Shown: positions 45,099-55,007 of the stretch, piece after piece | Numbering within the stretch: the first letter of the stretch is position 1 | How the letters are laid out: every line of letters begins with the position of its first letter | Assembly (NCBI GenBank): GCA_030658975.1 | Contig: JAUSBL010000002.1 | Coordinates: forward strand, 353-64,352 | Source of the DNA: Candidatus Latescibacterota bacterium | Lineage (GTDB): Bacteria; Krumholzibacteriota; Krumholzibacteriia; LZORAL124-64-63 | Length of the DNA stretch: 64,000 nucleotides | Reading direction: 5' to 3' | Made by a program: the position numbers and the translations under genes | Notes under the pieces: model-generated | Database searches by the model: none | The model's input: the letters and a program-made list of their open reading frames with translations, nothing else | What the model was told of the DNA's origin: nothing

Positions 45099-48000
45099 TC
45101 ACCCGGCCTCGGGATCAACGATTCGTGGCGGGACCGCCGCCGGGCCCCGCCGCCCGCCCGGGCGCCCCAGGCCCAGTTCCCTCGTCTTCCACAGCTTGTA
45201 GACGGCGGGGTACACGAGCAGCTCCAGCAGGAAGGACGTCGCCAGCCCGCCGATCATCGGCGCCGCGATCCGCTTCATCACGTCCGCGCCCGCACCGGTC
45301 GACCACATGATGGGCAACAGGCCGATGAAGCTGGCGGCGACGGTCATCAGCTTCGGCCGGGCGCGCTTGACGGCGCCGTGCAGGATGGCCGCGTCGAGTT
45401 CGGCGAGGTTGCGCAGGCGCCCCTCGCTCCTGGCGCGTTCGTACGACAGGTCGAGGAACAGCATCATGAACACCGCGGTCTCGGCGTCGAGGCCCAACAG
45501 CGCGATCAGGCCCACCCACACGGCGATCGAGACGTTGTAGTCGAGGAGGTGCAGCAGCCAGATCGCCCCCACCGCGGAGAAGGGCACCGACAGCAGGATC
45601 ACGCCGGTCTTGAAGGCCGACCGCGTGTTCGCCAGCAGCAGCAGGAAGATGAGCACCAGGGTGGCCGGGACCACGAGGCGCAGGCGCTTCTCGACGCGCA
45701 GCATGTTCTCGTACTGGCCGCTCCACTGCAGGACGTAGCCGACCGGCAGGTCGACCTGCTCGCTCACGACACGCTTGGCCTCCTCCACGTAGCCGCCGAT
45801 GTCGCGGCCGGCGACGTCCACGTAGACGTAGCTGGCGAGGAACCCGTTCTCGTCGCGCAGCATCGCCGGACCGGAGACCACCTTCAGGTCGGCCACCTGG
45901 GCGAGGGGGACGGCGGCGCCGCCCGGCGCGTCGACCAGGATGCGCCCGAGCTTCTCGAGATCGTCGCGCAGCTCGCGGGGGTAACGGACGTTGATGGAGT
46001 AGCGGGCCCGGCCGTCGATGACGGTGCCGAGGTTCTCGCCGCCGACGGCGAACATGATCACGTCCTGCAGGTCGGCGACGGTCAGGCCGAGGCGGGCCAG
46101 TTCGTCCCGGCGGGGTTCGATGTCCACGAAGTACCCGCCCGCGGCCCGCTCGGCGAAGACGCTGCGGGTGCCCGCGACCGCGGGCAGCACCGACTCGATC
46201 CGCGTGCCGAGGCGCTCGAGCTCGGCGAGGTCGGGCCCGAAGATCTTGATGCCCACCGGCGTGCGCACGCCCGTGGTGAGCATGTCGATGCGCGCCTTGA
46301 TGGGCATGGTCCAGGCGTTGGTCACGCCCGGGATGCGCAGGGCGCGGTCCATCTCGGCCACCAGCTCGTCCCAGGAGATGCGGTCGGGCCAGAGCGGCCG
46401 CACCAGCGGCAGCACGAACCCGGGCAGCCGTCCGGTGTACCAGCGCTCCCTGGCGCGCCACTCGTCCCGGGGCTTGAGCACGACCGTCGTCTCCATCATC
46501 GACAGCGGCGCCGGGTCGGTGGACGTGTCGGCGCGGCCGGCCTTGCCGTAGACGCTCAGGACCTCGGGGAACGACTTCAGCACACGGTCCTGCGTCTGCA
46601 GCAGCTCGGCGGCCTGGGTGACCGAGATGCCGGGCAGCGTCGTCGGCATGTAGAGGAGGGAGCCCTCGTTCAGGGGCGGCATGAACTCGGTGCCCAGGCG
46701 GAAGTACACCGGCAAGGTCGCCGCCACGATCAGCAGCGCCGCCAGGATCACCCGTCTCGGGTGGCGCAGCACGAAGCGGCAGGCGGGCTCGTAGACGCGG
46801 GCGATGGCGCGGCTGATCGGGTGCCTTTCCTCGGCGTGGTAGGTGCCGACCAGCACGGCGCTGGCCAGGCGCGCCAGCGCGCGCGGCCGGAACGTGAAGG
46901 GATCGCTGCGCGCGAACATCATGCGCATCGCCGGGTCCAGCGTGATGGCCAGCAGGGCGGCCAGGGCCATCGCGAGGTTCTTCGAGAAGGCGAGCGGCCG
47001 GAACAGGCGGCCCTCCTGGTCGACCAGCGTGAACACCGGGATGAAAGCCACCGCGATCACCAGCAGCGAGAAGAAGACCGAGGGGCCGACCTCCAGCAGG
47101 GCCTGCAGCCGCACGTCGTGGAAGCTGCCCTTGCGGCCGCCCGCCTGCCAGAGGTGGATGCGGTTGTAGGCGTTCTCCACCTCGACGATGGCGCCGTCCA
47201 CCAGCACGCCGATGGAGATGGCGATGCCGGCGAGCGACATGATGTTGACCGTGACGCCCATGGCGCGCAGCGGGATGAAGGCCAGCAGCACCGAGACCGG
47301 GATCGTGATGATGGGCACGATGGCCGACGGCACGTGCCACAAAAAGACCAGGATGACCAGCGAAACGATGATCATCTGCAGCAGCAGCTCGTGCTTCAGG
47401 GTGTCGATGGCGCGGTGGATGAGGTCGCTGCGGTCGTAGGTGGTGACGAATTCCACCCCCTGGGGCAGGCCCGGCTCCAGCTCGCGCAGCCTCTCCTTCA
47501 CGCGCCCGATCACGTTCAGTGCGTTCTCGCCGTGGCGCATGACGACGATGCCGCCCACCGTGTCGCCCGTGCCGTCGAGGTCGGCGACGCCGCGGCGCAG
47601 TTCGGGTCCGATCTCCACGCGGGCGACGTCGCGCAGCAGCACCGGCACCCCGCCGGGGGCGGTCTTCACGACGATCCGCTCGAAGTCGGCGAGCGTGCGC
47701 GCGTAGCCGCGGCCGCGCACCATGTACTCGGCGCCGCTCCACTCCAGCAGGCGGCCGCCCACCTCGTCGTTCGAGGCCCGGACGGCGTCCATCACCGCGT
47801 GCAGGGGCACCCCGTAGGCGGCGAGGCGGACGGGGTCGACCGTGATCTGGTACTGCCGCTGGAAGCCGCCGACGGAGGCCACCTCGGCCACGCCGGGCAC
47901 GGCCTGGATCGCGAAGCGCAGCGTCCAGTCCTGGTAGGAGCGCAGCTCGTCGAGCCCGTGGCGGTTCCCGCGGTCCACGAGCGCGTACTGGAAGACCCAG

Positions 48001-48407
48001 CCCACGCCCGTCGCGTCGGGCCCCAGCGAGACATCCACGCCCGCGGGCAGCCGCGGCTGGATCTCGTCGAGGTACTCGAGCACGCGCGAGCGCGCCCAGT
48101 AGATGTCAGTGCCGTCCTCGAAGACCACGTAGACGAAGGAGTAGCCGAAATCCGAGAAGCCGCGGACGGCCTTGGTGCGCGGCGCGCCCAGCAGGCCGCT
48201 CACGATCGGGTAGGTGACCTGGTCCTCGACGATGTCCGGCGAGCGGTCCCACTTCGTGACGATGATGACCTGCGTGTCCGAGAGGTCGGGAAGGGCGTCG
48301 AGGCGGATGGTCTGCAGCGTGTGGACGGCGTAGGCGCAGGCCAGCGCCGTCAGCGCGAGCACCAGCAGACGGTTGCGCGCGCTGAATTCGATGATGCGCG
48401 CGATCAA
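45099..48407 (-). CDS. cusA: CusA/SilA-type heavy-metal RND efflux permease
   Basis: LDALPDLSDTQVI, YWARSRVLEYL, GPDATGVGW, FMPPLNEG, WTMPIKARIDML, RPKLMT; TTG start overlaps the upstream stop. Confidence 0.92.
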   Translation of the reverse strand: MIARIIEFSARNRLLVLALTALACAYAVHTLQTIRLDALPDLSDTQVIIVTKWDRSPDIVEDQVTYPIVSGLLGAPRTKAVRGFSDFGYSFVYVVFEDGTDIYWARSRVLEYLDEIQPRLPAGVDVSLGPDATGVGWVFQYALVDRGNRHGLDELRSYQDWTLRFAIQAVPGVAEVASVGGFQRQYQITVDPVRLAAYGVPLHAVMDAVRASNDEVGGRLLEWSGAEYMVRGRGYARTLADFERIVVKTAPGGVPVLLRDVARVEIGPELRRGVADLDGTGDTVGGIVVMRHGENALNVIGRVKERLRELEPGLPQGVEFVTTYDRSDLIHRAIDTLKHELLLQMIIVSLVILVFLWHVPSAIVPIITIPVSVLLAFIPLRAMGVTVNIMSLAGIAISIGVLVDGAIVEVENAYNRIHLWQAGGRKGSFHDVRLQALLEVGPSVFFSLLVIAVAFIPVFTLVDQEGRLFRPLAFSKNLAMALAALLAITLDPAMRMMFARSDPFTFRPRALARLASAVLVGTYHAEERHPISRAIARVYEPACRFVLRHPRRVILAALLIVAATLPVYFRLGTEFMPPLNEGSLLYMPTTLPGISVTQAAELLQTQDRVLKSFPEVLSVYGKAGRADTSTDPAPLSMMETTVVLKPRDEWRARERWYTGRLPGFVLPLVRPLWPDRISWDELVAEMDRALRIPGVTNAWTMPIKARIDMLTTGVRTPVGIKIFGPDLAELERLGTRIESVLPAVAGTRSVFAERAAGGYFVDIEPRRDELARLGLTVADLQDVIMFAVGGENLGTVIDGRARYSINVRYPRELRDDLEKLGRILVDAPGGAAVPLAQVADLKVVSGPAMLRDENGFLASYVYVDVAGRDIGGYVEEAKRVVSEQVDLPVGYVLQWSGQYENMLRVEKRLRLVVPATLVLIFLLLLANTRSAFKTGVILLSVPFSAVGAIWLLHLLDYNVSIAVWVGLIALLGLDAETAVFMMLFLDLSYERARSEGRLRNLAELDAAILHGAVKRARPKLMTVAASFIGLLPIMWSTGAGADVMKRIAAPMIGGLATSFLLELLVYPAVYKLWKTRELGLGRPGGRRGPAAVPPRIVDPEAG

Positions 48408-49717
48408 CGGCCGTCCTCCGCGTGTCCGCCCGTCGGGACCACGGCGGCGTCGCCGAGCAGCGCGGCGCGGATGCGGGATTCGCTGTCGAGCAGGAAGTTG
48501 GCGTGCACGACGACCTGCTCCCCGACCGCGAGACCGCCCAGGATCTGCGCCCGGCCGCCCGAGCGCACGCCCACCTCGACCTCGCGCGGGGCGAAGCGGC
48601 CCTCGCCCAGGGACACGAAGACGAGGCGCCGCTCGCCCGTGTCGAGGATGGCGTCGTCGGGGACGACCAGGGCCTCGCCGCGGTCGACCAGCAGCGTCAC
48701 GTTCGCGTACATGCCCGGCCGCAGCAGGCCGAACTCGTTGGCCAGGACGATGCGCGCCGACAGGGTCCGCGACGCTTCGTCCAGCGTCGGGTAGACGTAG
48801 TCGATCTCGCCCGTCAGCACGACGCCCGGGTCGTGCGGCAGCCGCACCTCGACCGGCGCGCCCGCGGCGACCAGACCGGCCTCGTTCTCGTAGAAGCGGG
48901 CCTCGACCCAGACCTCGGAGAGGTCCGTCACCTGGAAGAGCGGCATGCCCGGCTCCACGCGCAGGCCCTCGTAGGCCATGCGCTCGGTGATCACGCCGGT
49001 CGCCGTCGAGAGCAGGGGCACGGCGCGCGACGGCGCGCCGGTCTCCTCGAGCTTCGCGATGAAGCCGTCGGGCACCTCGAACAGCTGCAGCCGGCGCCGC
49101 GCCGACGCCACGAGGCTCTCGGCGTTCGCCAGCGTCTGCGGGTCGCCGCCGGCCGCGGCCGCGCGCGCGGCGACGGCGCGCAGCAGCTCCTCCTGGCTGG
49201 CGACGAGCTCGGGGGAATAGATCGTCAGCAGCGGCGCTCCCCTGGTCACGCGCGTCCCGACCGCGCTGGCCGCCAGCGTCTCGATCCAGCCGGCCACCCG
49301 CGTCTGCACGCTGCGCACGCGCGTCTCGTCGACGGCCACCAGGCCGACGGCCCGGATCTCGGTGCCCAGCGCCTCGACCGTCGCTGGCTGCGTACGCACG
49401 CCCGCCAGGCGGACGGCCTCGTCGCTCAGCTCGATGGCGGCCATGCCCGGCACGTCCGATGCGCCGCCGCCCTGCTGGGCCGCGAACTCGGCCGCCGGCA
49501 CCAGGTCCATGCCGCAGATGGGGCAGCCGCCCTTGCGGGCGGCGACGTAGGTGGGGTGCATGGGGCACAGCCACTTCGCGGCGACGGCGTCGGCACGGGT
49601 GGCGGCGGGTTCGCCGTGCGCGTGTCCGCCATCATCGCCGCCGCCGCCGCCGCACCCTGCGATGGCGAACGCCAGAGCGAAGGAGAGGGCGAGGGCGGGG
49701 ATCGTCGCTCTTCTCAT
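48404..49717 (-). CDS. cusB: CusB-type periplasmic adaptor with heavy-metal-binding domain (lipoprotein)
   Basis: Lipobox IAGC; WLCPMHP..CPICGMDL; IYSPEL; LRPGMY; NFLLDSES. Confidence 0.88.
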   Translation of the reverse strand: MRRATIPALALSFALAFAIAGCGGGGGDDGGHAHGEPAATRADAVAAKWLCPMHPTYVAARKGGCPICGMDLVPAAEFAAQQGGGASDVPGMAAIELSDEAVRLAGVRTQPATVEALGTEIRAVGLVAVDETRVRSVQTRVAGWIETLAASAVGTRVTRGAPLLTIYSPELVASQEELLRAVAARAAAAGGDPQTLANAESLVASARRRLQLFEVPDGFIAKLEETGAPSRAVPLLSTATGVITERMAYEGLRVEPGMPLFQVTDLSEVWVEARFYENEAGLVAAGAPVEVRLPHDPGVVLTGEIDYVYPTLDEASRTLSARIVLANEFGLLRPGMYANVTLLVDRGEALVVPDDAILDTGERRLVFVSLGEGRFAPREVEVGVRSGGRAQILGGLAVGEQVVVHANFLLDSESRIRAALLGDAAVVPTGGHAEDGR

Positions 49718-50913
49718 GGGCGGTTCTCCTGGAGGACGGGATCGCGTCCCGCGAGTGCGCGCAGCGCGGCCCACGCGGTGTAACGGTCGGCTTCGCGCTC
49801 GGCCAGCATCGCGCGGGTCTCGGCCAGGCGCCGCAGGGCCCCGACCAGTTCGGCGACGCCGGCGTCGCCCGTCGCGTAGCCGGCGCGCGCCGACTCGGCG
49901 GCGAGGGCCGCCTGGGGCAGGCTGCCGGTGTTCAGACGGACGATCTGCCGCTGCGCGGCGTCGAGACGCGCCTGCAGCCCGGCGACCTCGGCCCCGGCCA
50001 TCGCCAGCGCCTCGCGCCGCTCGGCTTCGGCCAGCGCGTGCTCGTGGCCGGCGGCGCGGGCCAGGGCGTCCTGCTTGCGCGACTGCCACAGCGGCAGTTC
50101 CACGCCCACGCGGGCGGTGACCATCGGCGGCAGGGCGTCGCGCCAGCCGTACTCGGCGCCCAGGACGATGTCGGGCGATCCCTCGCCCTGCGCCGCCTCG
50201 GCGCGGCGACGGGCGCCGGCGACGCGGGCCTCGGCGACCGCGGCGGCGGCGAGGTCGGCGGGAGCGATGTCGGCCACGACGGTGTCGTCGATCGCAGGCA
50301 GACCGGCGTCGAGCGGCGGGAGGTCGGCCACGGCCACGTCGAGCATGGCGGCCAGCTCCGCCAGGTGCCCGGCGCCGCGGGCTTCGAGATCATCCAGCTC
50401 CGCGGCGAGCCGCAGGCGCTCGAGCTGCAGTTCGATGAGGTCCCGCTGACCGGATTGGCCGGTCTCGTAGCGCACCGCGAGGGAGGGAGCCAGCAGGTCG
50501 AGCAGGTCGATCGAGGCGCGCAGGGCACGCCGCGACGCGTCGATCGCCGTCTGCTCGGCGTAGGCGGCCCGCACTTCGGACGCGAGGCGACGTCGCATAG
50601 CGACCAACTCGGCCTCGGCGATGCCGATCCGCGCCTCGGCGGCGGACTGCCGGCGCCCGCGTTTGCCGGGCCAGGGCAGGGTCTGGCTGACCTCGATCGC
50701 CGCCATGGCCATGGGGTCCTCGCCGATGTCGGCGCCCGGATAATCCTCGCCGCGCGCGCTGAAGCCGAGCATGGGGTCGGGCAGGGCGCCCTCGGCGGGC
50801 GCGGCCTCGCGTGCGGCGGCGATCCCCTCGGCGAGGGCGGCGAGGCGCGGCGAGCGGGCCAGGGCCAGGACGACCAGCGCGTCGGACGCCGCGCCGGCCG
50901 CCACTTCGGACAC
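49714..50913 (-). CDS. TolC-family outer-membrane efflux protein; start uncertain
   Basis: ALARSPRL..GALPDP..SQTLPWPGKR, RYETG, AGYATG; first plausible GTG at 50913, no signal peptide seen. Confidence 0.75.
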   Translation of the reverse strand: MSEVAAGAASDALVVLALARSPRLAALAEGIAAAREAAPAEGALPDPMLGFSARGEDYPGADIGEDPMAMAAIEVSQTLPWPGKRGRRQSAAEARIGIAEAELVAMRRRLASEVRAAYAEQTAIDASRRALRASIDLLDLLAPSLAVRYETGQSGQRDLIELQLERLRLAAELDDLEARGAGHLAELAAMLDVAVADLPPLDAGLPAIDDTVVADIAPADLAAAAVAEARVAGARRRAEAAQGEGSPDIVLGAEYGWRDALPPMVTARVGVELPLWQSRKQDALARAAGHEHALAEAERREALAMAGAEVAGLQARLDAAQRQIVRLNTGSLPQAALAAESARAGYATGDAGVAELVGALRRLAETRAMLAEREADRYTAWAALRALAGRDPVLQENRP

Positions 50914-50987
50914 CGCCAGGTCGCCCGGTTCGGGCGCCGCGGCGAGCGATGAAGGGGCTTCCAGCGCTGGACCGACGTCTTCGCGAT

Positions 50988-51542
50988 CTACTTGCCGCCC
51001 GCCCGCGCCGGTCCGGCCTTCTCTTCGGGCTGGGAGAAGGCCGGCGCGAAACTCGCTTCCTTCTCGCCGCCGCGCAGGCCGGTCACGCGGATCAGCGCCG
51101 AGACCGCGGCGGGGTCGACCCCGGCGAGGTCGGCGGCGCCGAACAGGTGATCCTGCACGAAGAGGGTCATCCCGCCGCAGGGCTCGCACTTGCCGGGCGC
51201 ATCCCGCACCACCTCGGCGTGCATCGGGCAGAAGTACGAGGTGGGCTCGCCCGCGGCCGGCTGGCGCGTCTTCAGGGGCACCTCGAGCGTGCGGCCTCCC
51301 GGCAACGCCAGCGTGGCGGTGCCGGCCGCCTTCTCGACCATGGCCGGCGCCAACTCGTCGGTGAAGAGGAATACACGCACGCCCTGGGCCGTGATCAGGG
51401 TCTCGAAAGCGTGGCTCTTGGTCGTGCTGACCACGCCGCCGTGCAGAGGCGCGGTCACGGGCGCAGCGGCGCCCACCAGCGCAGCCGGCAACGCCACCAC
51501 GACGACCGCCACAGCGGCGAGGAACGGTGTTCGTCTGGCCAT
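50988..51542 (-). CDS. Periplasmic heavy-metal-binding domain protein
   Basis: AAGGAG RBS, signal peptide, PLHGG, YFCPMH..PGKCEPCGGMTL. Confidence 0.8.
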   Translation of the reverse strand: MARRTPFLAAVAVVVVALPAALVGAAAPVTAPLHGGVVSTTKSHAFETLITAQGVRVFLFTDELAPAMVEKAAGTATLALPGGRTLEVPLKTRQPAAGEPTSYFCPMHAEVVRDAPGKCEPCGGMTLFVQDHLFGAADLAGVDPAAVSALIRVTGLRGGEKEASFAPAFSQPEEKAGPARAGGK

Positions 51543-51652
51543 GGGAACTCCTTGGCGGGTCTCGTCCAACTGACAGATACGAACTGATACCTTACCAGAA
51601 AACCCTAGTTCCTGCCTATGATATCGATCCCGATTGTCGCCTCTGGACGCTC

Positions 51653-51789
51653 AGGTCTGCACATCCCGCGGCGACAGGGGTGTCCTGCAGGCCCCGTAGC
51701 CAGGATGGCGAAGGGGCCGAAAGGCCAAGCGCTCCGGGCACACGAAGTGCCCGGAGCGCGCCCCCTGTCACCGCGGGATGTGCAGACCT
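51653..51789. repeat. MITE/REP-like element with 28-bp terminal inverted repeats
   Basis: AGGTCTGCACATCCCGCGG(C/T)GACAGGGG inverted at both ends (1 mismatch); internal hairpins GGCC-GAAA-GGCC and GCGCTCCGGGCAC-N5-GTGCCCGGAGCGC. Confidence 0.65.
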
Positions 51790-52568
51790 TATTTACCGCC
51801 GCTGAGAAGGTCCCCGAGCAGCCCCTTCCCCCCGACCAGCCCTCCGACGCCGCGGTGTTCGCCGCGGTTGCCGCCGGCGGCCGACAGGATGCGGTCGCTG
51901 AGCCGGCTCAGGGGCAGCGTCTGCAGGTAGACGCGGCCGGGGCCGGTCAGGCTGGCGAAGAAGAGGCCTTCGCCGCCGAACAGGGCGTTCTTGAAGCCGC
52001 CGACGAACTTGATGTCGTAGTCGACCGACTCCTGGAAGGCGACCAGGCAGCCGGTGTCCACGCGCAGGTGCTCGCCGTGGGCCAGGTCCTTCACGATGAT
52101 CGCGCCGCCGGCGTGGGCGAAGGCCAGGCCGTCGCCGGAGAGGCGCTGCAGGATGAAGCCCTCGCCGCCGAACATGCCGGCGCCGAGGCGCTTGGTGAAG
52201 GCGATGGTGATGTCGATGCCGTAGGCGCAACACAGGAAGGCGTCCTTCTGGCAGAGCAGCGAACCGCCCAGTTCCCTCATGTTCAGCGGGATGATGCGGC
52301 CCGGGTAGGGCGCCGCGAAGGCCACGTGGCTCTTGCCCGCGCCGCCGTGCTTGAAGGTGGTGATGAAGAAGCTTTCGCCGGTGACTGCCCGCTTGAGGCC
52401 CTTGAAGATGCCGCCGTCGGTGCCGGTGTTCATCTCGATGCCGTTCTCCATGTAGAGCATCGCGCCGGCTTCGGCCTGCACGGCCTCGCCGGGATCCAGC
52501 TCCACCACCACGGCCTGCAGGTCGTCGCCCAGGATCTGGTAATCGATCTCGTGCGCCATGTGCGTCAT
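51789..52568 (-). CDS. AIM24 / TIGR00266 family protein
   Basis: AEAGAMLYM, GESFFITTF, QKDAFLC, FGGEGFILQ, LQTLP. Confidence 0.9.
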   Translation of the reverse strand: MTHMAHEIDYQILGDDLQAVVVELDPGEAVQAEAGAMLYMENGIEMNTGTDGGIFKGLKRAVTGESFFITTFKHGGAGKSHVAFAAPYPGRIIPLNMRELGGSLLCQKDAFLCCAYGIDITIAFTKRLGAGMFGGEGFILQRLSGDGLAFAHAGGAIIVKDLAHGEHLRVDTGCLVAFQESVDYDIKFVGGFKNALFGGEGLFFASLTGPGRVYLQTLPLSRLSDRILSAAGGNRGEHRGVGGLVGGKGLLGDLLSGGK

Positions 52569-52580
52569 CTCCTTCTTGGG

Positions 52581-54221
52581 TCAGCGGCGCGTGATGCGCC
52601 CGTCGGTGGCTGCGTCGATGACGCCGGCTTCGCGCACGGCGTCGGCGATCGCTTCGGTGATCGTCCGGCCGGCGTAGGTCGAGGCCGGCGGGTCCATGTC
52701 CATGTAGATGCGGGCCTTCTGGACCACGAAGTCGGGGCACGCGACCGTATAGACGCGCGCCGGGTCCAGGGGTTCCCCGCCCACGGTCAGTTCGAGCACT
52801 TCCGGCGTGGAATCGGCCCAGGCGTAGGCGTAGCGCAGTCCCGACACCTGCAGGATGCCCTCGCCGCCGTTCTCGGCCGTGCGCGCGTTCGCCAGCACGA
52901 TCCCGCGCAGTCCCGCGCCGTCGATGCGGAACGTCTCGAGCGTGTTGTTGAACGGCACCAGGGAGTGGATGTCCAGCAGGGTCACCGGCCCGGCCAGGAA
53001 GTCGCGGCGCAGGGTGCCGGAGTTCAGCAGCGCGACGTCGGCGCCGGCCGCCTCGCGCAGCCGGTCGCAGATCCAGCTGCCGACGTTGCTCTCCCCGCGG
53101 CCGTTGCGGCGCCAGTCGCGGGTCAGCCGGCCGATGACCTGGCCGAACACGGCGTCCACGCGGGCGGCGTAGGACTCGGCCAGCGACTCGAGCGCGGGAT
53201 CGGCGCGGCGCCCCTCGGCCAGCACCTCGACCAGGCGGCCGTCGTAGGCGACGACGCGGTCGTCGGCCACGCGCAGGTCCAGCCGGCCCAGGTTCTTGGC
53301 GTGGCTGCCCGCCTGCACGACGAGGATGCCGCCGACCAGGCGCGGCTCGCGGGTCCGGCTGTGCGAGTGGCCGCCGACGATCACGTCCAGCCCCGACCCG
53401 GCCAGGTCGCGGGCCAGCTCCTGGTCGACGTCCAGCCCGTCGTGGGTGAGCAGCACCAGCAGGTCGGTCTTCGGGTCCAGCTCGGCGATCCAGCGCCGGA
53501 TCACCGCGCGCTGGTCCTCCAGCCGCAGGCCCGCCACGCGCACGTCGGCCGTCACGTCGAACAGCTCGGAGCAGGTCACGCCGATCACGCCGACGCGCAG
53601 GCCGCCGCGCTCGAGGATCACCGGCGCGTCCGCGAACTCGAGCTCGCCGCGCTCGTCCCGCAGGTCCAGGGCCATGATCGGCCAGGCGGCGCGCGCGGCC
53701 AGGCGGCGCGCGTTTTCGCGGCCCAGGTCGAAATCGTGGTTGCCGATCACCCCGGCGTCGATGCCCAGCAGGTTGAGCATGTCGATCCAACCGCCGCCCA
53801 GGACGCCGTCGACCTCGATCTCGCCGACGGGGTTGCCGGTCATGAAGTCGCCCGCGTCCAGCAGCAGCGACGCCGCGGCGCTGCGCCGCTGCTCTTCGAG
53901 ATGGGAGGCCAGCGCCACGATCCCCCCGGCGGGCGCGTGGTCGTCCCGCCAGGTGGCAGGCTCGGGCGTGAAGGCGGTGTGCGTGTCGTTGATGTGGAAG
54001 ATGGTCAGGTTCCAGGGGCCTTCCCCGCGCAACGGCGCCGGCGACGGTACGACGGACGGCATCGCGGCGACCGGCATCGCGGCGGCGGCCGCGGGCGCCG
54101 CGGTCTCGACCGCGCACTGCGGCCCGCAGGCGCAACCGCCCAGCGACACGGCGAGGAAGAGTCCGGCGAGGGTGGTGAGCGCGCGGGCGGCGGGGCGGTC
54201 GGGCTGGAAGCGCATGGTCAC
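52581..54221 (-). CDS. Bifunctional metallophosphatase / 5'-nucleotidase (lipoprotein)
   Basis: HINDTH, LDAGD, GNHDFD, THDG, GGHSH, NSGTLR, PFNN. Confidence 0.9.
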   Translation of the reverse strand: MTMRFQPDRPAARALTTLAGLFLAVSLGGCACGPQCAVETAAPAAAAAMPVAAMPSVVPSPAPLRGEGPWNLTIFHINDTHTAFTPEPATWRDDHAPAGGIVALASHLEEQRRSAAASLLLDAGDFMTGNPVGEIEVDGVLGGGWIDMLNLLGIDAGVIGNHDFDLGRENARRLAARAAWPIMALDLRDERGELEFADAPVILERGGLRVGVIGVTCSELFDVTADVRVAGLRLEDQRAVIRRWIAELDPKTDLLVLLTHDGLDVDQELARDLAGSGLDVIVGGHSHSRTREPRLVGGILVVQAGSHAKNLGRLDLRVADDRVVAYDGRLVEVLAEGRRADPALESLAESYAARVDAVFGQVIGRLTRDWRRNGRGESNVGSWICDRLREAAGADVALLNSGTLRRDFLAGPVTLLDIHSLVPFNNTLETFRIDGAGLRGIVLANARTAENGGEGILQVSGLRYAYAWADSTPEVLELTVGGEPLDPARVYTVACPDFVVQKARIYMDMDPPASTYAGRTITEAIADAVREAGVIDAATDGRITRR

Positions 54222-54296
54222 TCCGGGGTCAGGGTTCGCGGAACCGGTCGCGGCAGGGTAGGCCGAACCCGCGGCGGTGGCAACCGCGCGATCGGT

Positions 54297-54866
54297 TCAG
54301 CTCGGGTCGGCGGGGGCCCGGGCCGCCAGGTGGACCAGGAACTCCCGGTTGCCGCCCTTGCCGCCCGCCAGGGGCGACGCCACGGGGCCGGCCACGACCC
54401 GGGCCAGCGTGCGCAGGGTCGCCAGCACCGATTCCAACACGCGTTCGGCCTCGTCCGGGGGCAACCGCCCCCCCACCAGGGACGACGGGGGGGCCTCGTA
54501 GTGCGGCTTGATCAGGCTGACGACACCGCCGCCGGGGGCGAGCAGGTCCAGGGCGCGGGGGATGATGCGCTCCTGCCGCGTCCAGCCGGCGTCGACGACC
54601 ACCAGGGCGACGGGCTCGGGCAGTTCGACGCGCAGGGCGTTGGTCCGCTCGTGGACCGCCACGCGCGGGTCGCTGCGCAGGCGCCAATCCAGCACCCCGT
54701 AGGCCGTGTCCACGGCGTGGACGCGCAGGGCGCCCCGCTGCAGCAGCACGTCGGTGAAACCGCCGGTGCTGCAGCCCAGGTCGGCGCAGACCAGGCCGGC
54801 CGGGTCGATCCCGAAGGCGTCCAGGGCGGAAGCCAGTTTGTCCCCGCCGCGAGAGACGTAAGGCAC
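54297..54866 (-). CDS. TlyA-family FtsJ-like RNA methyltransferase lacking the S4 domain
   Basis: Starts VPYVSRGGDKL; DLGCSTGGFTDVLLQRGA; LIKPHYE; GNREF. Confidence 0.8.
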   Translation of the reverse strand: MPYVSRGGDKLASALDAFGIDPAGLVCADLGCSTGGFTDVLLQRGALRVHAVDTAYGVLDWRLRSDPRVAVHERTNALRVELPEPVALVVVDAGWTRQERIIPRALDLLAPGGGVVSLIKPHYEAPPSSLVGGRLPPDEAERVLESVLATLRTLARVVAGPVASPLAGGKGGNREFLVHLAARAPADPS

Positions 54867-55007
54867 GCGCGCTTCCTGCCGATGGAGTGGGGGCCGGACG
54901 GCGACCCGCCCATCCGTCCCGGCTCGAGGTTGCCCGATGGCACATGATAGGGCATCATGGCTGGTGACGGAACCATGAGCGTACGCGGAATGCGGACGGG
55001 ATCTTCC

